From Actinomycetota bacterium (lineage in GTDB: Bacteria; Actinomycetota; Actinomycetes; Actinomycetales; Microbacteriaceae), in assembly GCA_005777405.1 (NCBI GenBank), contig SXMH01000156.1:1-62339 (forward strand): a stretch of DNA of 62,339 nt, in the 5' to 3' direction. The translations under genes were made by a program, and so were the position numbers. This document shows positions 57,102 through 62,339 of this stretch, one piece after another. Below the pieces are notes generated by a model. That model was not told the DNA's origin, did not search any database, and saw only the letters and a program-made list of their open reading frames with translations. Numbering within the stretch: the first letter of the stretch is position 1; the number at the start of each line of letters is the position of its first letter.

Positions 57102-59186
57102 ATGAGCGAGGCAGGTAGGTCGGCGGGCATCGAGGCGAGCCGCCAGGTGGCGCTCGCTGACGCTCTCGAGGCACGGGCGGCTGAGGCGCGCGCCGCCGCC
57201 GAACGGTGGATGATCGCCCACAAGACCGAGCGGCAGGTAGCAGGCACGCTCTCGGTGTTGTCTGCCTGCGGCTACACCTTTCTGCACGACCGCGGCTGGC
57301 CCGGCGCCCGGCGCGGCAGTCGCGCGCAGATCGACCACGTGCTCGTTGGACCGGGCGGCGTCTTCGTGGTCGACACGAAGGGCTGGCGCGACGTGACCGT
57401 GGCGGGAGGCCGCATCTTCCGCGGTCAAGCCGACGTCACCGACGACCTGGCAGGGCTCGCCGACGTGGGCGTGAGCACCGAAGCGGCGCTCGTCGACCTG
57501 GGGCTTGCTCCGGGTGAAGTGCGCGTGGTTGTGGTGCTTGCGGGGTCAGCCATGAACCCGGTGCCGCTCGCGAGTTTGGGCGGCCTGGTGGTGGTCGGCG
57601 AGCGGAGAGCATCCACGTTCATTAATGGGTTTGGTCGGCGACTCACTGAGCGGCAGCAGCGACTAGTGCTTGGCGCGGCGAACGATCACTTCCCGAACGT
57701 GGGTGACGAGCCGGTGCCGCTCGACCTCAGCGAGCCCGAGCCGATCGTCGAAGAAGCGGCGCTGCTCACGGTCGACGAGGTGGCCGACACGTTCTTGGCC
57801 GGCATGCTCGCCGCGCCTATCGAAGAGTGGATGGCTTTCCTTCACCCCGAGCAGGCCAAGCTCGTGCGGCGCAGCTTCTCGGGGCCAGCGAGAATCCGCG
57901 GTGCGGCGGGCACCGGCAAGACGGTCGTGGGGCTGCATCGGGCGGCGTACTTGGCGCGAGCATCCACCGGGCGCATCATCGTGACCACGTTCGTGAAGAC
58001 TCTTCCGGCGGTGCTCGGCACGCTGCTGCAGCGGCTCGCGCCCGAGACGGTTGAGCGCGTCGAGTTCACGGGCGTGCACGCCTTCGCGATGCGCGTGCTG
58101 CGCGAGCGGGGGCAGCAGGTGACGCTCGACCTGAGCAAGGCGACCGAAGCGTTTCGGTTTGCGTGGGGCACTGTGGGCAAGCGTGGGCCGCTGCACGCGA
58201 TCGACCCGAAAAGTCGCTACTGGGGCGACGAGATCGCGAAGGTCATCAAGGGCCGCGGGCTCACGACCTTCGAGCAATACGCGGACCTGCCGCGCGCGGG
58301 CCGTCGCCGCCCGCTGCGAGTGGAGCAGCGCCGTGCGGTGTGGGAGCTCTACCTCGCCTACGAGGCAGCACTGCGTGAGCGCGGGCTCATCGACTTCGAA
58401 GACGTCATTCTGCGCGCGGAGGCGTCGTTGCGCGGGATGCCACTGGAGGGCGTGGACCACGTCATCATCGACGAAGCCCAAGACTTGTCGTGCGCGATGC
58501 TGCGCATGCTCTACTCGATCGTCGGCGACCGCCCCGACGGCCTGACGCTCATCGGCGACGGCCAGCAGACCATCTACCCCGGCGGCTACTCCCTCGCCGA
58601 GGCGGGCATCTCGGTCGCCGGCCGCGGAGTCGTGCTCTCGACCAACTACCGCAACACCCGCGAGATCGCGGCGTTCGCGGCTTCGGTCGTCGACGGTGAC
58701 GAGTTCGTCGACATCGAAGGCGGACCCGGGCGAGCGGATGCTGCGCTCGACATTCCGCGCACCGGCCCAGCGCCGCAGCTCTCGTCGTTCGAGTTTGTGG
58801 CGGCGCACGACTTGGCTCTGGTGTCGCAGGTTCGGTCACTCATCGAGGCAGGCATCGATCCGGGCGACATCGGCGTGCTGACGGCAACCAATCGGGATGC
58901 TGATGCCATGTCGAAGGCGCTACGCGTAGCCGGGTTTGGCGTGATCGAGTTGGAGAGCTACACGGGCTCGCCCGCGCCGTTGGTGAAGGTCGGCACGATC
59001 AAGCGGGCGAAGGGACTCGAGTTCAAGCAGGTGCTGCTCGCGCGGGTCGACGGGTCGCTGCTCTCTCCTGCTGCCGCTGGCCTCGACGAGGGCGCACTCG
59101 AACGGCGCGAGATCGAGCGGCGGGAGTTGTATGTCGGCATGACCCGCGCCCGCGATGGGTTGTGGGTCGGCTCTTTCGAAGCATGA
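57102..59186 (+). CDS. NERD nuclease fused to UvrD/Rep-like SF1 helicase
   Basis: LHD...IDHVLVGPGGVFVVDTKGW; LHPEQ, GAAGTGKT, IIDEAQD, GDGQQTIY, NYRNT, AKGLEF, LYVGMTRAR. Confidence 0.92.
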   Translation: MSEAGRSAGIEASRQVALADALEARAAEARAAAERWMIAHKTERQVAGTLSVLSACGYTFLHDRGWPGARRGSRAQIDHVLVGPGGVFVVDTKGWRDVTVAGGRIFRGQADVTDDLAGLADVGVSTEAALVDLGLAPGEVRVVVVLAGSAMNPVPLASLGGLVVVGERRASTFINGFGRRLTERQQRLVLGAANDHFPNVGDEPVPLDLSEPEPIVEEAALLTVDEVADTFLAGMLAAPIEEWMAFLHPEQAKLVRRSFSGPARIRGAAGTGKTVVGLHRAAYLARASTGRIIVTTFVKTLPAVLGTLLQRLAPETVERVEFTGVHAFAMRVLRERGQQVTLDLSKATEAFRFAWGTVGKRGPLHAIDPKSRYWGDEIAKVIKGRGLTTFEQYADLPRAGRRRPLRVEQRRAVWELYLAYEAALRERGLIDFEDVILRAEASLRGMPLEGVDHVIIDEAQDLSCAMLRMLYSIVGDRPDGLTLIGDGQQTIYPGGYSLAEAGISVAGRGVVLSTNYRNTREIAAFAASVVDGDEFVDIEGGPGRADAALDIPRTGPAPQLSSFEFVAAHDLALVSQVRSLIEAGIDPGDIGVLTATNRDADAMSKALRVAGFGVIELESYTGSPAPLVKVGTIKRAKGLEFKQVLLARVDGSLLSPAAAGLDEGALERREIERRELYVGMTRARDGLWVGSFEA

Positions 59187-59219
59187 GGATCAATCGCTGG
59201 TCCAACTAGAATTCCTCTC

Positions 59220-60338
59220 ATGGCGGAGATGATGGGCTTCTGGTCGTATGTCCACAAAGACAATCAGCTTGACTTCGAGCGAATTGCGGATCTTGCTCGC
59301 GACATTGTCGCCAACTACGAAGCAATCCGAGGCGAAGGCATCCAGTTGTTCTTGGACAGCGATGAGCTTCAGTGGGGCGACAAGTGGAGAGAGAAGATCG
59401 ATAGGTCACTCTCGAATGTGGCCTTCTTCGTTCCCGTGCTTACGCCCCGATTCTTTCAGAGCGTTGAATGCCGTCGAGAACTCCAGTTCTTCCTGGACCA
59501 AACTGAGAAGTTGGGCATTCCTCAACTAGTGTTGCCGATCCTGTACATGGATGTCCCCGCCCTTGCGGACGAATTTACTACCGACCCTTTGGTCATAGCC
59601 GTGCGCGAGAGGCAATGGCGTTCGTGGACCGAGCTCAGATTCGCCGAAAGGAGCTCCGGCGAATACCGCCAGGCCGTCTATGGACTCGCAAGTGAAATTG
59701 CGGATCGAGTGGGCCAAGCAGAATCGACGACTGTTGTAGCACTGGATACAGCATTGGCCGACGTTGATGAGGACGACGAACAGCCAGGATTCATCGACCT
59801 CGTTGCCGAGCTAGAGACCGCGATGCCACGCTGGAACTCCACTCTTGAGGGAATCAGCGCGCAGGTACAGACCATTGGGCAGATAATGCGGAGCGCGACC
59901 GAAGACATGGGGAAAGGGGAGAAGTCGGGAAAAGGCTTCGCGGCGCGTCTCGTGATCGCCAGACGCGTCGCCTCGGAACTGGAAGACCCCGTCGCCCGCA
60001 TTGAGAGCCACGCCCAAGACTGGGTAAAGGATCTCGACTCGGTAGATGCAGGTGTTCGAGCGCTCATGTCTCGAATCCCCGAAACCTACCTAGAAGACGC
60101 TGCCACCACGACAACGTTCCTCAGGTCCATAGCGAACCTGTCCAGAACTGCTAATCAAGGCTTGGGTTCGACCCAACTAATGGCAGATTCCCTTGAACAG
60201 ATATCGACCCAGTCTCGCGACCTTCGACCGGTCGTGCGTCGCCTCCGTCGAAGCTTGGTTTCAATGGGCGAGGCAAGGGAAATCACTGACAGCTGGCTGG
60301 CGCTAGTCGAAGAGACAGGTATCGACTATTCCGAGTAA
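59220..60338 (+). CDS. TIR-domain protein with C-terminal helical/coiled-coil region
   Basis: FWSYVHKD, LFLD..ELQWGDKW, FVPVLTPRFFQSVECRRE, LVLPILY; visibly lower GC than the flanks. Confidence 0.88.
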   Translation: MAEMMGFWSYVHKDNQLDFERIADLARDIVANYEAIRGEGIQLFLDSDELQWGDKWREKIDRSLSNVAFFVPVLTPRFFQSVECRRELQFFLDQTEKLGIPQLVLPILYMDVPALADEFTTDPLVIAVRERQWRSWTELRFAERSSGEYRQAVYGLASEIADRVGQAESTTVVALDTALADVDEDDEQPGFIDLVAELETAMPRWNSTLEGISAQVQTIGQIMRSATEDMGKGEKSGKGFAARLVIARRVASELEDPVARIESHAQDWVKDLDSVDAGVRALMSRIPETYLEDAATTTTFLRSIANLSRTANQGLGSTQLMADSLEQISTQSRDLRPVVRRLRRSLVSMGEAREITDSWLALVEETGIDYSE

Positions 60339-60603
60339 AGCTGCCGGGCGATCGATGTTTCGTTTCGTGAACGCGCTGTGCCGGCGTAGAGGTCGGGCCA
60401 GCCTCAAGACGGCTGGACGAGTAAGGCTTTCGACTGACTAATTCATTGCCCCCGTGCAGCATAGGTCGACAAAAGCACTTCACCCACCTTGTCTCGAAGT
60501 GTGATCCCTGCGCCTTCGGCAACGCCAAATGCGCTGAGCAAAATCAGTGCGCGTTCGGAGCAATCTGTGCGAGGTCCATTCTTGGGGTCTCAGCCACCGC
60601 TAT

Positions 60604-61184
60604 CTACGATCTCGCAAAGGTAGTTGTCAGCTGATCTAAGAGCTGCCGGACTTCCCGCTCACTACGTACCTCGCCGGGGCGCTCGAGGCTCATGAGGTGG
60701 TCAATATGGATGACAAGCGTGCCCTCCGCATCATGCACGGTGACAAGCAACTGGGGTGTCGCCTCGCTGCGAGGCTTAAACGGCAGACCGCCCGGGCCAC
60801 CGCCTTCGAATGACACATCTTCTGCGGCACGAGCGACCAGCACCCGAGAAACCTACGAAGCTGGATGAGCGTTGGATGCTGCGGCGACTTTGACTTGACC
60901 GTCCCTGCGAACAACACAGCGGGTGCTCCGCCAACCTCCGCAAGGTGCTCATGAAGCAGACGATGCGTCTCGTACGCGCCGCTCGTTGGTCGCGCTCGGA
61001 CGATGATGGCGGCTGCCGCGACGACTCCCGCTACCGCGAAGGCCACCCCGATTGGAACTCGATAGTCGCCGTAACGCATTGAAAGCGGAGCCGAAAGGAA
61101 GAATTCGCTGGCGCCAACGAAGAAGACGATCACCACCACGAGACGAGGACCAAGTCATGCTCGTGAGGTGCGCTGTTCGGTCAT
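60604..61184 (-). pseudogene. Disrupted membrane-protein gene
   Basis: ATG 61184 is in frame with ORF 60690-61139 but has TGA at codon 10 (61155-61157); the C-terminal part continues in another frame (60604-60843). Confidence 0.5.
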
Positions 61185-61248
61185 TTGAGCGAAACGCCTC
61201 TCTCACCGACACGCTCGGACACTGAGCTATCGATGTTCATCGGTCGGG

Positions 61249-62339
61249 TCAGGCCTGAGCCCGCTCCAGCACCAGCTCGCGCACGCGTGCCGCATCGGCC
61301 TTGCCGCCCATCGACTTCATGACGGCTCCGATCACGGCTCCGGCGGCCTGCACCTTGCCGTCGCGGATCTTCTCGAGCACGTCGGGCTGCTGCGCGAGTG
61401 CTGCATCGACCGCGGCGATGAGAGCACCGTCGTCCGAGACGACCTCGAGACCGCGAGCGGCCACGACCTCGGCCGGAGTGCCCTCCCCCGCGATGACGCC
61501 CTCGACCACCTGGCGAGCAAGGCGGTCGTTGAGAGCACCTGACTCGACGAGCTCAACCACCGAAGCCACATCAGCTGCGGTGATGAGAGACGCGGGCTCA
61601 GCATCCTGAGCATTCGCGATGCGGGCGATCTCGCCCGTCCACCACTTGCGGGCCTGCTGGGGGGCTGCTCCGGCGGCGACTGTGTCGGCGATCTCGACAA
61701 GGAGGCCCGAGTTCACCACGTCGCGGAACTCTAGCTCGGTGAAACCCCACTCCTCGCGAAGGCGACGGCGTCGGGCCGCGGGGGGCTCGGGAAGAGCATC
61801 CCGCAGTTCGTCGATCAGGGCCGGCGACGGAACCACCGGCAGCAGGTCGGGCTCAGGGAAGTAGCGGTAGTCGTCGGCGTCGCTCTTGACGCGACCCGGC
61901 GAGGTGGTGCCGGTGTCTTCGTGCCAGTGGCGGGTCTCTTGCTGAATGGTGCCGCCCTTGGCGAGAATCGCGGCCTGGCGCTGGATTTCGTAGCGCACCG
62001 CGCGCTCGACCGATCGGAACGAGTTGACGTTCTTCGGCTCGGTGCGGGTGCCCAGCTTCTCCTGCCCGCGCGGGCGCAGCGAGACGTTCGCGTCGCAGCG
62101 CAGGTTGCCGCGCTCCCTGCGGGCCTCGCTGATGCCGAGGGCGCGCACGATGTCGCGGATGGTCGACACATACGACTTGGCGAGCTCGGGGGCGCGGTGC
62201 TCGGCGCCGAAGATCGGCTTCGTCACGATCTCGACGAGCGGAACCCCGGCACGGTTGTCGTCGACGAGTGAGTACTCAGCGCCCTGGATGCGGCCCGTCG
62301 ACCCGCCGACGTGCGTGAGCTTGCCGGCATCCTCTTCCA
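61249..62339 (-). CDS. gatB: Asp/Glu-tRNA amidotransferase subunit B, 5'-truncated
   Basis: [54 protein letters not shown]. Confidence 0.97.
   Translation of the reverse strand, partial: EEDAGKLTHVGGSTGRIQGAEYSLVDDNRAGVPLVEIVTKPIFGAEHRAPELAKSYVSTIRDIVRALGISEARRERGNLRCDANVSLRPRGQEKLGTRTEPKNVNSFRSVERAVRYEIQRQAAILAKGGTIQQETRHWHEDTGTTSPGRVKSDADDYRYFPEPDLLPVVPSPALIDELRDALPEPPAARRRRLREEWGFTELEFRDVVNSGLLVEIADTVAAGAAPQQARKWWTGEIARIANAQDAEPASLITAADVASVVELVESGALNDRLARQVVEGVIAGEGTPAEVVAARGLEVVSDDGALIAAVDAALAQQPDVLEKIRDGKVQAAGAVIGAVMKSMGGKADAARVRELVLERAQA

Noticed and set aside
59220-60338. Thoeris, CBASS or Gabija call
   Set aside because: Required partners (ThsA SIR2/Macro, CD-NTase, GajA) are absent; the nearby nucleotidyltransferase is YcgL/RlaP-type, not a CD-NTase.
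60283-60634. Short ORFs 60283-60528 (-) and 60446-60634 (+, Cys-rich)
   Set aside because: No SD or recognisable motif; probably degraded or non-coding low-GC DNA.
33600-61240. Integrative mobile element carrying the sugar and defence blocks
   Set aside because: No integrase, transposase, tRNA target or flanking direct repeats seen.

Overview
High-GC actinobacterial chromosomal segment, probably Microbacteriaceae (inferred from gene content and GatB/CspA/DUF3097 sequence style). Both ends fall inside genes: an ABC ATPase on the left and gatB on the right. Four blocks: (1) 1-21.6 kb, mixed core/accessory genes (radical SAM enzyme, M23 peptidase, VIT1 transporter, CspA, YtrA-GntR/ABC operon, NPPF methyltransferase, fasciclin, YceI, MFS, K+ channel, NYN-LOTUS, AlkZ-like glycosylase). 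(2) 21.7-33.5 kb, four acidic LAxTG-anchored surface proteins (three paralogous) interleaved with rtcB, an MFS, an apcA-like arrest peptide plus yidC, and a YciI/ECF42 pair. (3) 33.6-54.5 kb, two LacI-controlled sugar uptake/catabolism operons (GH127/GH88-like with a kinase-free sugar-acid pathway; GH1/GH51). (4) 55-61.2 kb, a variable island downstream of gatB with an RlaP-type nucleotidyltransferase, a NERD nuclease-UvrD helicase, a lower-GC TIR protein and a pseudogene. Best candidates for new biology: the NERD-helicase + TIR putative defence locus, and an unannotated 24-aa leader peptide with terminator/antiterminator that appears to attenuate rtcB. No tRNA, rRNA, CRISPR array, integrase or transposase was seen. 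All family assignments come from motif recognition by eye, not database searches.
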